Below, piece by piece: positions 14,301-27,949 of a stretch of 56,308 bases of DNA (position 1 is its first letter; the number at the start of each line of letters is the position of its first letter). This stretch comes from Saprolegnia diclina VS20. Lineage: Eukaryota. Location of the stretch: positions 102,210-158,517 of the forward strand of contig NW_008246075.1 in assembly GCF_000281045.1 (NCBI RefSeq), written 5' to 3'. Below the pieces are notes generated by a model. It was not told the origin of the DNA, searched no databases, and saw nothing but the letters and a program-made list of their open reading frames with translations. Made by a program: the position numbers and the translations under genes.

Positions 14301-15310
14301 TCGATGGCGTACTGCCAGCGCACGCGGGCGACACTGCGGGTGGATTTACAGTGCAAGTGGCGCCAACGCGCAACCTTGTGTCTAATACGCATAGTCTTGA
14401 TCAGTTCAAAGATAATACCAGCGAATGGGCCACCGTCGACCATGGGCGTAGCACTGCAGTGCCGCGGCTTGCTGTCGCCATAAGGAGATGAATGACGGCG
14501 GAAGCGTCAGCTCCAGCTTTGTGACGTGCGTCTCGACGGCAATTGGTGACATTTTGGTGGGCTGGTGCAACGACGAATGCACGTGGAACGACGAAAGGAG
14601 GTGGTAGGCTGTCTCGTTGGCGTCTTCGTCGACGTAGATGGCCACGTCGCTTAGCGTCACCGCTTTAAGAAGCTCATCGCTGTCGGCTTTGGACGCGTGG
14701 TCGACGAGGCTGAAGGCGCCAAGTGTCAAGCCGAGGCGAAATCCGCGGCCAGCATAAAACACATGAACGTCATAGAACGTGACGGCAACGCTCTTGAGAA
14801 GCCGATCGAGGAGCGAGCTTGAGAGACCCGCGACCATCCAGGACGACCAAGACGAGGTCGTTGCGCCGTCGGCATGCAGCTCCTGAACCTTGCGGTTCTT
14901 TTCATCGAGCTCGGCTTGTATGTCGTGGCTTGTCTTGGACTCGACTTCGACTTCGACGCCGGTGATTTTGACTTGAACGGGCTGGCGCCAAAACGAAGTC
15001 CAGGGGACCTAACGTGCATTTCTACCGCTTCGTCCGCATCAGAATTGCGTATGTACCTGAATACGGATGCTGCGAATAGCACCATGCACGAGCGTCAAGG
15101 GACTCTCGGCCGAATTGAAGGCGGTCGTCTTGAGCTCCTAGTATGACGAAATGCAAAGTTATGGAGAAGGTGGGGTGAGCCTACCACATCCTGGAGGGTC
15201 AGGTCGCCAGCCCAGAGACCGAGCGATACGCTCTCTTGCTCAACGTGGACGAGGTACTTGCGCAGCGCGCGCAGGATCGCCTTGGTGACGGCGTCGCGCA
15301 CAAAGGCCAT
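2362..15310 (-). CDS. VPS13: VPS13-family bridge-like lipid transfer protein with internal C2 domains, multi-exon (~13 kb)
   Basis: N-terminal chorein signature MAFVRDAVTKAILRALRKYLVHVEQESVSLGLWAGDLTLQDV (ATG 15310). WEPLVERF; VAB/SHR-BD-like motifs YAPYWLVNYT, TKCVTFTPRYLVFNQL, YRIENQT; FQVDNQ; ATG_C-like GLTGLLVDPMRGAQ...GLSGVVVKPVVGAID. Joining all exons into one gene and the 3' end are inferred. Confidence 0.85.
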
Positions 15311-15437
15311 GGTATTGTGTGCCGGTTGGGAAGCGTCGCGATCAACGCACCAATAAAAACGTCCCGCCGCGATCTTGTGCGCCAATCACAAAAAAGACTC
15401 GATTTCGGCCAATGGCCTGGTGTCAGATCTTGCAACG

Positions 15438-16452
15438 ATGGCCGACGAGAGCGTCGTGATCGAGGTTGCGGGCGTCCTGTCGGACCCGGCTTTCCAGCGC
15501 ATGCGCCACCTCGCGCTCACCTTGCGCGAGCATGTGGACGGTGTCTCGCTCTTGATCAAAGCCCTTCTCGAAGTCGACTACGCGCCCTTCTTGTACAAGG
15601 AAGGCCTCTTCCAGGAGTTTCCGCAGCACCCGGCCAGTGCGCCAATCGCATTTGTGCCACCGTCGCCGTCCGCCGCATCGAGCTCGACAGGCAACACCTA
15701 CATTGGCGAGGCCGAAGCTTTCGCCGAGTTTTGCGCCATCAAGTACGGCCTGCCCGAGACGCTCCCAGAGCCAGAAGCCAAAGCGCTGGCCGTCGACGCA
15801 TGGCGCACGTACCGCGAGCGGTCGGGGCACGAGTTTTGCTATCTGAAGTTTGTCGTCGACGAGCACGCCGTGACGCCGCGCGACGAGCCTGTCGTCGTAG
15901 AGCTCTACACGGACACGTGCCCGAAAGCATGCGAGAATTTTGCCAAGCTCTGCGACTCAGGCTACGCTGGTCTGCCAGTGCACCGTATCGTTGCTGGCGG
16001 CTGGATTCAGTCGGGCGACGTCGAGCGCGACGGCCGAGGCGACGGGCGTGGCGGCTGCGTCGTTGCTGCCGACGGTGTCTTTGAAGACGAGACCTTTTGC
16101 ATCTCGCACGACCAGCCCGGCATTCTCGTACGTACTCGCAAAGTGCAACCTCAAAGCGCAATCTCAAAGTGCAATCTCAAATGCAATCTCAAAATGTACT
16201 ACTAGTCGATGGCCAACACTGGCCCCCACACGAACGGCGCCCAGTTCTTCATCACGCTTGCACCGCTACCGTGGCTCGACAAGAACAAAGGTGCGCTCCG
16301 AATAGCCTTCTTCGACCAACAATGCGCTAGTTGCCTTTGGGCGCGTCGTCAGTGGTCTGCAGACTGTCCATGCGGTTGGGCGGCTGCAAACCGTCAACGA
16401 GCGTCCGATCACGTCCTGCATCATCGCCGAGTGTGGTCGTCTGCCTCTCTGA
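15438..16452 (+). CDS. PPIL6: Cyclophilin, PPIL6-like (N-terminal extension plus divergent PPIase domain)
   Basis: VVELYTDTCPKACENFAKLC, VHRIVAGGWIQSGD, FEDETF, MANTGPHTNGAQFFITL, WLDK, VAFGRVV. The GWIQ-for-FMIQ change and the N-terminal domain resemble PPIL6. Introns ~16128-16205 and ~16291-16330. Confidence 0.8.
16141..16191 (+). repeat. Intronic tandem repeat, ~4 x 13-bp AAGTGCAATCTCA
   Basis: aagtgcaacctca-aagcgcaatctca-aagtgcaatctca-aatgcaatctca inside the first cyclophilin intron. Confidence 0.85.
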
Positions 16453-16528
16453 GCATCATCCTCTCCTCCACCAAAGACAATGGAGCACAGGCATGTGTAT
16501 ATAATAAAATAAGAGGATGCAATGTCGT

Positions 16529-17619
16529 CTATAAGCCGGTTGGCAGCGTATCGGCCTCGAGCATCTCGGCGAGGTCGATCAAGTCGTGGATGCTGGCAAT
16601 CTGCAAGCAATAAGAATGTGCGCTAAGAACGCAGATCAAATGCTGCTCGTACCTTGACAAAGGGCATGGCGCAGGCACTGCTGGCCGACTCCTCCTCGGG
16701 GCCATCCCCAATCCCGATAAACTCGTGGTCCTCGTGGCCGTACTGCGCCTGAATCGTCTCAAAGCAATGCTTCTTTCGAACGTGGGACGACGAGTAAATC
16801 ATGTCGGGCGGAAACCACTTGTCCAGGTCGTAGATGAGGCACTTGCAGAGGGCCGGCACGAGCTGCGAGTTGGTCACGACAATGTTCTTGTAGCCGCGCG
16901 CCGTGGCCGCTTGCAGCGCGCGCTGCGCTGTTGCCCCCCAGTTGTCGCCAAACGCATCGATCGAGTCGCGGAGGTCGGCGCAAAAGTCGGCCTCGGGCGT
17001 CCCGGCCGTCAAGAACGCGACCGACTCGAGGCGCTCGTAGATCTGCCGAATGCGCCGGTAGCGGTACGCGAGCTTGCGGAGCCGATCGGCGCTGCCCACT
17101 GCGTCCTGCGTCATCGCGTCGCTGTTGAAGTCATAGTCGTCCAGGCACACGCCGTCGTCGTAGCGCGTCATGAGGCTCACGTGTTCAATGTCTTCCTACA
17201 CAAAGGCTCAGCAACGCCATCCGAGCCATGCAAGCTACCTTTTCCAGCTCGTCAAAGAAGAGGTGTTTCTCGAGGATGGTAAAGACAAAGCACATCATGC
17301 TTTCGCCGAGGGCCATGCTCGCGTCGGCAATGCGTCCGGCGCGCTTGGCGTACGTGCCATTGCAGAGCGAGCTAAAGAGCAGCAACGTCTCGTCAAGGTC
17401 CCAGATGAGCACTTTGGTCTTCTTCGTTGCTGTTGGCGGTGCGTACACCATGTTGTCCAAGAGGTCGAGGTTCAAGCCGTCGAGGAGCTCGGGCCTGTGG
17501 TGCATGAAGAAGGCCGCGTCCGACGCGCAGGTCGATGGAAGGACAGAGGATGGTCGCGCCTTCTTGGCCTTGCTGCCCGAGGGCCCTTGCGCACTGTCGA
17601 CCACCTTGCGCTTCATCAT
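16529..17619 (-). CDS. EYA: Eyes absent (EYA) family HAD phosphatase, multi-exon
   Basis: HAD motif I WDLDETLLLFSSLCNGTYA; LEKHLFF; RKLAYRYRRI; NIVVTNSQLVPALCKCLIY; IYSS; K.HCFETI; GIGDGPEEE (motif III); MPFVKI. All are EYA-domain hallmarks. Confidence 0.9.
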
Positions 17620-18838
17620 GGTCGTTACGATCTGTTGTTCGATTTGACCAAGTGCTGGAAAACAAGTGCAAGCGACTCGGTCATCTCATTTTTGTTATCT
17701 TGGTCTTTGTATGCTGCGCGTGAGCAATATTTCGCATTTTCATTTTTTCTCAATACTGTCTCGCTTGCACTGGGATCGACTCGCCGCTGCCACCACTAGT
17801 AGCTAGCTGCTCGCTGCCGCAGTGGGCGTGCGAGCTGTCTGCACTAAAATATATACGTCGACATCTACGCTAGCCTACCGTGTTGACGTGGGTGGCAACG
17901 TTTACGGGGACAGTTGCATGCACCTGCCACTCTCCTGCGCACTTGGCTGTCTCGTGGCCTGTCCATCGGCTCGATAGACGTGTCGGGGCAAACAGCCGAC
18001 GTCGCCAGAGTAGACGAAGGCGATGTGCTACCGCTTGCGTCAACCCTAGATGCGTCGACAGCTCTCATGGGTTGGCAGCACTCGACAGCCTGGTGTTAGA
18101 GACAGATTGGATAATAACACTTGCAAATGAGACAGTATGGAAATCTTTATATTTCATCGAAGCTTGGCGGTGATTGGTCGACCATATTTCGAATCGAATT
18201 GGGTCGATGACACGGCGTGTGCTGGCAGGCGTCCTGGCTTGGCAGTGGGTGGCAGGCGCCGGCAGTCCCAAGTCGACCAGCCGAGTGAGCGATGGCGAGG
18301 ACGCTTGTGGCTGCCGATATGGGAGGAAGTAGCTAATGACGATCGTCGTTCACGGGCGAATGGGCGTGGCGAGATGCGGGTTCCACGGCCAGCGAATCTG
18401 GTTGGCTTTTCTGATCCGATGACGACGCATTCCTCCCGACGGCTTGGCCGTTGACCAGCGTGCGACGATCCAAGCCATTTGGAGGCGACACGAGGCTGCA
18501 CTGACAATGGTCGACATGCTTCTGAGCGAGCAGGCGCGACCGGTCTTTTCGTTGCTTCGACCGCCGGCCATGGCACCTCGTACGGTGTACATCTGTCATC
18601 GACCATGCGACGGCGTCCTTGCGCCTGCAAATGCTGCTACCACCAGGAACCAACCGTGTGCAAGCGGTTCATTTGTGCATTGAGTCTGCCGGCGCCATGC
18701 GAGTGTCGAAGCCTCGTCGCGTCGATCCGAGGCGTGGGAAGACGATGGGCTGCACGGATCCGCTCATGAGCACCCAACATGTTGTTGCATTTCTTATCGT
18801 GTTTCGTGTTACGAGACTGGTGGATGCACAGTGTACGA

Positions 18839-20196
18839 TTAGACCTTGCTGTAGTCCATCTTGCTCTCGAGCTTCTTGGTCTCGGCGAGCTTCCGTGCGG
18901 CCTTCATGAAGTCTTCCTCAACGACGTACTCGCGGTCGGCGCGGATCGCAAAGACGCCGGCTTCTGTGCACACGTTGCGGATGTCGGCGCCGTTGAAGCC
19001 GTCCGTGAGCTTGACGATCGACTCGTAGTCTACGCGCTCTCATGAGACCCGTGGTCAAGACCAAGGCTTCGTACCAATGTCGCCCTTTTTTGTGATGGGC
19101 GCCGAGTGAATCTTGAGAATGTCCATGCGCGACGCTTCGTTCGGGAGCGGGATCTCAATCTTGCGATCCAAGCGGCCCTACATGAGGATGACGATGAGGA
19201 TGAGCATCTTGGCGCTGGATGCAAGAGCACTATGGCATACCGGGCGGAGGAGTGCCGGGTCGAGAATGTCGGGTCGGTTTGTCGCCATGACCATCTTGAC
19301 CTGGCCGAGCGAGTCAAAGCCGTCGAGCTGGTTGAGCAACTAGCACGCCACATGGACGCATATGATGAGCCCATCATCCCCTGTATTGACGAACAGACCT
19401 CCATGAGCGTGCGCTGGATTTCGCGGTCGGCCGACGTGCCCTCCGAGAAGCGGCTCCCGCCGATCGCATCGATCTCGTCCATAAAGATGACGCACGGCTG
19501 GTGGTCGCGCGCGTACCCAAACATCTCTCGGATCACGCGCGCCGACTCGCCAATGTACTTGTCCACGATCGCACTGGCGACGACCTTGAGAAACGTTGCG
19601 TTGATGTTGCACGCGAGCGCGCGCGCGAGGAGCGTCTTGCCCGTGCCCGGCGGGCCGTAGAGAAGAACGCCTTTCGGCGGCTTGATGCCGACGCGGAGAA
19701 AGAGCTCTGGGTTCGTGAGCGGCAGCTCGACGACTTCGCGGAGCTCGCGGATTTGTTCGTTGAGGCCGCCAATGCTCGAGAACGAGACGTTGCCCGCGTC
19801 TTCGTTGAGCATGTGGTACACGGTCGGGTCGACCTCGCGCGGCAAGTAGCGCATGATCGTGAGCGTCGTCATGTCGAGCGCGACGCGCGTCCCGCTCTTG
19901 AGCTTGGTCTTGTCGACCTTGGTGCGGCAGCCGACCACGTAGCGCGGGCCGCTGCTGGCCTTGACGATGAAGCGGTCTTCGTCGAGCTGGCGAAGCACTT
20001 CGCCGATGATCATGCCCACGCTCTGAAGCGCCTTGAGGTCGTCCTCGGTCTTGTGGAACTCGCGCACGAGCGTCTTGACGTTCTCGCGCATGCTCTTCAC
20101 GCGGCCCTCAACCTCGCGGTGCTCGAGCACCTTGGCGCGGTAGGCCTGGAGCACCGCGTCGCGCTCCGCGCTCTCGGGGGTGCTGCTGCTGCTCAT
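18839..20196 (-). CDS. PSMC6: 26S proteasome AAA-ATPase subunit RPT4 (regulatory subunit 10B)
   Basis: [32 protein letters not shown], Walker A GPPGTGKT, Walker [25 protein letters not shown]-terminus [11 protein letters not shown]. Confidence 0.97.
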
Positions 20197-21191
20197 CGTC
20201 ACCGTCCGCCCCACAAAGTATATGCGGACTCCGGGATCCGAGATTTCGTACTTAACCGGCCACTTGAACCGGTTCGGATGCTCATGCCTAACCGGATACG
20301 TGCGTAACCGGCACCCATGACGTGGCAGCATGACAACACGTCGTTCAAGATACAACAGCAACATCCGAGGCCCAGAAACCATCGACCGCGGCCAATAAGA
20401 TCGTAGTAGTGGATTGACAACATAGGATTTACACAATTACTGCAAAGACACAAAGGACATTCCAGAATGTGGTTCTAGTACGCTCTAGCTGCGCAACGCA
20501 TGACTAGAAGAGCGAGTCGTCTCGGTGGCTCCACGGACTCGTGTTTGAAGCGACGTGACCCGCGCCATCTATCCTGGTGGCCATCAAGCGCTATTTTGGG
20601 CGACGACCAATCCGAGGTGTGTCTCTTGCTGCGTATCCGCCAAAGATCCATCTGCCCGGGTACGTCGTTTGCATCAACAAGGTAATGTTGTCGTAGTAGC
20701 TCCTGCCGGCCTTTTCATAGCTTGTGCCAAGTCGATTTGCAGAAAAAATCGAGCTCGTATCTGTGCAGTAAACCCTCGCACCTTTACTGGTCCCGTCTTT
20801 CAACGGCCAACTCGAATTCGAACGAAGTCGGAAACGTTGCCATCCCTCAGTCAACAAAGCCCACACCGAACGATGGCTCATAGCTTCTGCAGTTCCCACA
20901 AGTCCTACGCTCGTGTCCAGATCGAAAAGTCGCTAGATCTGCATCTATACAATCTCTTGTGTGATTTCGATCTGTGCCACCGACAGCAATCGCAGCGCCG
21001 TTCCTCCGCCGCCCAATCACGTGCTTGATCGGTCGTTGAAAGTTGTATTCGGTGCGACTCCATGGCTGCAATCAAAAGTCGTTTCGGACGCCCAATTAAG
21101 CTCGGGTTTCGGGTTTCATGCCAAAGCTCACTTGTCGTTTGACGCACTCAAGGACAGTACAACCGCAGAAAGGCCAAGGTCCGTACCAGCT

Positions 21192-24100
21192 ATGAAGAAG
21201 AAGCGCAGCATGCTGCACCACATCTCGACGTTGCTCTGGAAGAACCGTATCATCAAGCAGCGTCATTGGGTCACGACGCTCATCGAAATTGCAGTCCCGA
21301 CGCTCTTCGTGCTCCTCTTTGCCTACTTCAAGACACTCACGGACAACGAAACCATTCCAAGCGGCTGGCCGCTCAGCACGAACGCCGTGCCCGTGACCAT
21401 GGTCAACCCCTACGCGACGTCGGCGTTTGGCGCCGCGTCCAGTCCGGCCGGCGTCTTTATCGCGTCCGAGCCGTCCATGACTGGGCTCCTCCTTGGGTAT
21501 ACATACATATTCTACCACTGCATCTCGACACTCTACCCATAGGCTATCGTCCATGTCGTACGACAAGCTGGGCGTGGACGATCGCAGTGCGTCGCCGGCG
21601 TCGTGCAAGGTCCCGTTCACTTACATGGGCTATGTCAACGTCGACCCGGCGTCCCCGTTCGCTGTGCCCACGAGTTGCCCGGGTACAAACGTGAGAGTAC
21701 GATGCAACAGGTCGCTCACAACATGAGCGTAGCCGGTTTGATTCCGCGCAAAATTGCGATTGCGCCAAAGAACGAGTATACGACCAAGTACTTTGGCGGG
21801 CTCATGGCGCAGTGGTACCCTCGTGTCGCGCTCATGAACCGCACCGTCCCCGGCTTCAAGGACGCACTCACCGTCCCGTCGTTTGCCGACTCGGTCATGT
21901 ACTTTGACACGGCCGATGCGCTCCAATCGTATATTTCCGGTATGGTTTCTGCATCTCGATACATTGATACTAACTCGTAACTAGGCTCGGACTATGGCTC
22001 GTCGCGCCAGAATCCATTCCTATACGCTGCAATTGTGTTTGATTCGATGCCGGCGCCCGGCAGTGTCGGGTCGGTCGAGTACACGCTCCGCATGAACTCG
22101 ACGCAGGGCCGCGGTGGGTCCGCGGGCGTTTTGCCCCATACCAATGGCCAAGCGTACCCGGCCGTGAACCCGCTCCAGAAGGACATTGATCGCACGTGGT
22201 ACACGTCGTATACCAAAGCCGGCTTTGCGACGCTCCAGACGCTCGTGACCAAGTTCTTGGCGTGTGCGCCGTCGTATGCCAACGGCGCAGTCGGCGCGTG
22301 CACAACGACCAAGTCGTCGGCGCCGCTCTCGCAAGCAACTGCGCTCGGCGAGCAGCTCTTTGCGGACGCAGCTGTGCTCGGGGCTATGAAAAACATGATT
22401 TCAGACGCTACGATCCAGTCGCAGCTCGGATCCCCGAACGTCACGGCATTTGCCGAGCAGATTCCGCTTATTGCGTGGGGGCAGCTCGCCATTCCGCTAT
22501 TGCAAGCGCCGCAAGCGCTCTTGGCCGCGACAACGTACCCATTTCCAATCCCGAGCTACATCTCGGCGCCGTTCTACGACTTGGTCGGCAACGTCTTCCC
22601 GCTCGTCTTTATTCTGGCGTACCTCTACGCCGTCTCCAAGGTACTTGCAAAATGCCATCGAGACGTGGGTTTGAAGTCGCGATTCTAGGTGCTCGTGGTG
22701 CTTATCCAGGAAAAGGAAACGAAGGCGCGCGAACTGATGAAGATTTTGGGCGTGAGCGAGACGTCGATCGTGTTTTCGTGGTTCGTCACGTACCTTGTCA
22801 TCTTCCTCGTCGCGTCGATTTTGCAATCGCTCGCGGCGACGATGCTCTTTCCCAATACGGACGGCGGTCTTCTCTGGATCTTCTTCTTCCTCTTCTCGAT
22901 GACGATCTGGGCGTACGGCTTCCTTGTCTCGACCTTCTTTTCGAATGCGCGCACCGGGTCGCTCGTCGGCGTCTCGCTCTTCTTTGTCATGTACTTTGTC
23001 TCGGCGGGCTTGACGAGCGCCAGCGAAGGCGGCAAGATGCTCGCATCGCTCCTCTCGCCTGTCGCTCTCGCCATGTGCATTCAGGTACCATGCAATCGTC
23101 GGCGATAAAAACTCATTGTTTGTATGAAGACGCTCGCAGCGTCCGAAGGCGTCTCGGTGGGCATCACGCACAGCACGGCCAACACCGTCTACTCCAACTA
23201 CCGCTTTCAAGGCGGTCTGGGTATGCTCGTGCTCGATTTCTTTTTGTATGCGCTGTTGGCCATGTACCTCGAGCAAGTCGTGCCGAAGGACTATGGCACG
23301 CCCCAGAAGTGGTATTTTCCATTTTCACCAAGCTACTGGTGCGGCGCGGGCAGTGCGCGGGGTCCTGCCAAAGTCGGTGAAATGAAAGTCCTGGATCCGT
23401 CCGTCAAGAACGACAACATTGAGACCGTCGGCACCGAGCTCGAGGTCCATATTTCCGTTTTGCACTGTATCAAAGTATCAGAGTATCAACGGCGCTATGG
23501 TAGAAACAAGAGTCGAACGGCGAAGCGCTTGTGATCCAAGGCATTCGCAAGGTGTTTTCCGTGCCCGGTGGCAAGAAGATTGCGGTGAAAGGCGTCGACC
23601 TCGTCATGTACAAGGACCAAATCACGTGTCTTCTGGGGCACAACGGCGCCGGCAAGGTTGGAGAATATTGTCTATCCAGGGTGAGGACTCACCTTGTGTA
23701 GACGACGCTCATCTCGATCCTCACGGGCATGATCCCGACGACCGAAGGCGACGCGTTCTTCAACGGCCACCGCCTCACGACGCAGATGAGCGAGATCCGC
23801 AAGTCGCTCGGCATGTGTCCCCAGCACGACGTCCTCTACCCCGACTTGACAGTCCGCGAGCACTTGGTCTTTTACGGCAGCGTCAAGGGCTACACGGGGC
23901 GCGACCTCAACGAAGCGGTCGATGGTACATTGTCCATTTCTCGAATTCGCTCTTGATAGTTTGATACTAGAAAAAATCAAGGAAGTCGGTCTCACGGAGA
24001 AGCGCCATGTCTTTTCGACGGCGCTCTCGGGTGGTATGAAGCGCAAGCTCTCGATCGCGATCGCACTCCTCGGCGACAGCCGCCTCGTCTTCCTCGACGA

Positions 24101-27100
24101 ACCGACGTCCGGCATGGACCCGTACTCGCGCCGGTCCACGTGGTATATAGTCGCATGAAAAATGAGGACGAGTTTCGCCCACGCTATGTATAGGGAACTC
24201 ATTCTCAACAACCGGATCAACCGCGTGATCGTGCTCACGACGCACTTTATGGACGAAGCCGACATCCTCGGCGACCGCATCGCAATCATGGCCGAAGGTC
24301 AAGTCAAGTGCTGCGGGTCGTCGCTCTTCCTCAAGAATCGGTTTGGAGCTGGTTACAACCTCACGATCGTCAAGGAGCCAACCGTGAATGGGTGCGTCAT
24401 CTGCACGTAGCCATGTCGAACGGCGACCGACACGTTTGCGTAGCGACGAGGACAAGAGCCATGCGCTCACAGCGTTTATCCAGCAGCATGTGCCCACGGC
24501 CAAGCTCCTCTCCAACGTCGGGTCGGAGATTGGCTTTCAACTGCCGATTGACAGCTCGCCAGTCTTCCCAGAAATGTTTCGTGCGCTCGAGTCGGCCGAG
24601 ACGCGGGCGTCGCTGCGCGTCGCGTCGTTTGGCATTTCGGTCACGACGCTCGAAGAAGTCTTCATCAAAGTCGCTGAAATGGGCGACGACGACGGCCAGC
24701 ACACGCTCTCCAAGGAGAAGGCGACCGCAAAGACAAGCAGCTACTCGATCCAGAAGCACTCGCTCTCGCGCTGGACTATGTTTGTCAAGCATTTTTTCGC
24801 ATTGCTCCAAAAACGGTTCCGCGTCGCCAAGCGGGACAAGCGCGTCATGATCTTTAGCACGCTTCTCCCGTGCCTCCTCATTCTCATTGGTTTTGGCTTG
24901 CTCTACTCGAGCTCGCTCCTCGAAAACGACCCGCGACTCCGCCTGGATCTTGCCGAGACCAAGGTGGGCTACGCGCTCGGCGCGCAGACCCCGCTGCCCT
25001 ACTTGTGCAACAGCGACGTCGGCGGTATGTGCACCGATTGGGCCAAGGCCGCGGCGCGCGGTGTGCCCACTGCCATGACCACTAGCGATCTTACTGTCGT
25101 CGACAGCTCTGTGACCGTCTTCAACTATTCCTACGGGCCGAGTTTGCCGCAGGCCGCACAGCTCTTTGGTCCGGCCGTCGAGACGTGCGTGCTCACGGCC
25201 GAGCACCTCTACAAGCGCGGTTACGCGACCAAGATTGGTGGACAGTACGGCGGCTACGTTCTGTACGGCAACAGCACGAGCAACATGATGAGCTACTCGC
25301 TCTTTGTCAACACAACGTCGATCCACGCCGCGCCCGTGTACCACGCCGCGATCGACGAAGCGCTCGTGCGCTACGTCAACGGGCGCAATGACATTTCCGT
25401 GAAGGTACGCGCGTCATCGTCTCCACCGTGTCTCATCATAGGCGGTAGGTCAACGTGTACCCGTTCCCGATCACGGCGCAAACGAAAGCGCTCTTCAGCT
25501 CGTTCTTGTCGTTCACGGCGTGTCTCTTCATCGTGATTGCGATGACGTTCTTTCCTGCGTCCATCGTCACGTTCCTCGTCAAAGAAAAGCAAAATGAGTG
25601 CAACTCGAAGCACCAGCAGCTCGTCTCGGGCGTGAGCCTGCCGGCCTTCTGGCTCTCCAACTACTGCTTTGACCTGCTCGTGTACATCGTCCCATTCGCC
25701 GCCGCGCTCATCATGATCAAAGCCTACGGGATCCAGTCGCTCACGGGCGACGACTGTGCGGCGTGCGCGACCAACACGCCCCAAGCAGTCTTCCTCCTCT
25801 TCTTCTTCTTTGGCTTTGCGATCGCGCCCTTTACGTACTGCATGTCGTACTGCTTCAAGGAAGCCGCGTCAGCGCAATTTTACACGCTCATCATCAACAT
25901 GGTGCTCGGCCTCATCCTCATGATCGTCTCGTTTGTCTTGGACGTCATTTCCGAGTCGGCGAAGGATGCGAACGTGTACCTCAAGTACATTTGGCGCCTC
26001 TCGCCGCTCTTCAACCTCGGCAACGGACTGCTCACGATGAGTCTCAAGTCGCTCGTCGGCGCCATCACCAACTCCAAGACTGTCGTCAGCGCCTACGACT
26101 GGGACATTGCGGGCACCGAGATTATCTACTTGGCGCTCGAGTCGGTAGTCTTCTTTGGCCTTGCCCTGGGCATCGATGTGCTCTTGAGCTTTCCACGGAT
26201 CAAGGCCATCTTCTCGCGCGACCCGCAGCTCGACGTCAAGGACGATCACGTCGACGACGAGGACGTGGCCGCAGAGGCCAAGCGCGTGCTCGACGGCCTT
26301 GCCGATAAGGACATGATTGTCATCAAGCGGCTCAAGAAGGTGTACACGGGCAACAAAGTCGCGGTCCGGAACCTCTCGTTTGCACTGCCAAAAGGCGAGT
26401 GCTTTGGGTACCTTGGGGTACGTCGTTGCACGTTTGAGATGACTTTTTGCTGATAGATTGATACCTTGTAGATCAACGGGGCGGGCAAAACGACCACGAT
26501 GAAAATGCTCACGGGCGACATTTTACCCACGGGGGGCGCCGCGACGCTCGGCGGCTTTGACATTCTCACGCAGCAGCTCGAGCTCCGGCGGCTAATTGGC
26601 TACTGCCCGCAGTTTGATGCACTCATTGAGCTTCTCTCGGTGCGCGAGCATTTGGAGCTCTTTGCCAAGATCAAGGGCGTGCCATCGGCGGATATTGCAG
26701 GCGTTGTCAAGGAGAAGTTGACACAAATGAACCTCCAGAGCTTTGAGCACAAGCTCGCGGGCACGCTCAGTGGCGGCAACAAGCGCAAGCTGTCGGTGGC
26801 GATCGCGATGATCGGGTCACCACCCATCATCTTCCTTGACGAACCGTCGACCGGCATGGACCCGGTTTCGCGCCGGTACGTTCCTCTCTCCACCGCGAAT
26901 GGCATGCGAACATGCGCGTAGGTTCATGTGGGACATCATTGCGGACGTCTCGACCGCCAACAAGGAGTCGACGATCGTGCTCACGACGCACTCGATGGAA
27001 GAGTGCGAAGCGCTATGCACGCGCGTCGGCATCATGGTCGGCGGCCGTCTCCGCTGCCTCGGCAGTGTGCAGCACCTCAAATCGCGCTTTGGCGACGGCC

Positions 27101-27701
27101 TCATGATCGACTCCAAGCTCAACGTGCCGTCGCCAGTCCAGCTCGGCGATTTCTTTGCGCGCTCGGTCCAGCCCGTGTGCCAGGCGGCAAAGGATCTCGA
27201 GACGCATCTGAGCCGGGACCAGGTATACAAGTGCAATAAGATCTGTCATGCTGACATGCGGCTGCGTAGATCACCAAGCTCTGCGGTGACTTGGGACAAT
27301 CTGATCGCGCGGGCTGGATCGCAAAGTCGCACTCGACGGGGTATGCGCTGGACGCAGTCCTCGAGCGCGACAGCAACGTGTCGCTCTCGCTCTTTTGCGC
27401 GTGGTGGGTCGGCGAGAACCAGTTTGTGGCCTACGACAGCTTTCTCCGGTCGACGTTTGCGCGCGTCGAGCTCCTCGAGCGCCAGAACGAGCACTGCCGC
27501 TTCAAACTGCACGACAGCGTGGACGCCAAGCTCAAGCTCTCGGACGTCTTTGCGAAAATGGAGGCGCACAAGGTCGATGTCGCGCTCAAGGAGTACTCGG
27601 TGTGCCAGACGTCGCTCGAGCAAATCTTCAATGCGTTTGCGAGCCAGCAGGACGAAGAGAAGGGCGTCGCACGCGGCATGGAAGTCAAGAAGAACGTTTA
27701 A
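21192..27701 (+). CDS. ABCA: Full-length ABCA-subfamily lipid exporter, multi-exon
   Basis: N-terminal [22 protein letters not shown]1 [41 protein letters not shown]; second half [27 protein letters not shown]2 [38 protein letters not shown]. Confidence 0.95.
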
Positions 27702-27949
27702 GTCGACATCAAGTCGATACGTCACTAATGCATTTCTACATGAACCACAGAGATAAACACAAAAACACTGCTGTATTGACGACTTGTACATACATTATAC
27801 GTACGAGGAACCTGCGACTTGGGCATCGACATCGTAGCGAGCGACGCAAGCACATAAATTTAGCACCCACCGAGTCCAAACGATGCAAAAGGGTGTGAGC
27901 CATTGTGCGACTAGTAGTACGTAGCTCACTTAAATCCTACGTGCTATGT

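Noticed and set aside
17800..18830. 1-kb intergenic region with several 60-160 aa ORFs
   Set aside because: No domain motifs, repeats or RNA boxes found. It is probably the EYA promoter plus the RPT4 3' UTR.
20200..21190. N-terminal extensions of the RPT4 and ABCA ORFs and intergenic ORFs
   Set aside because: They begin at non-ATG or upstream starts without family similarity. This is treated as a divergent promoter region.
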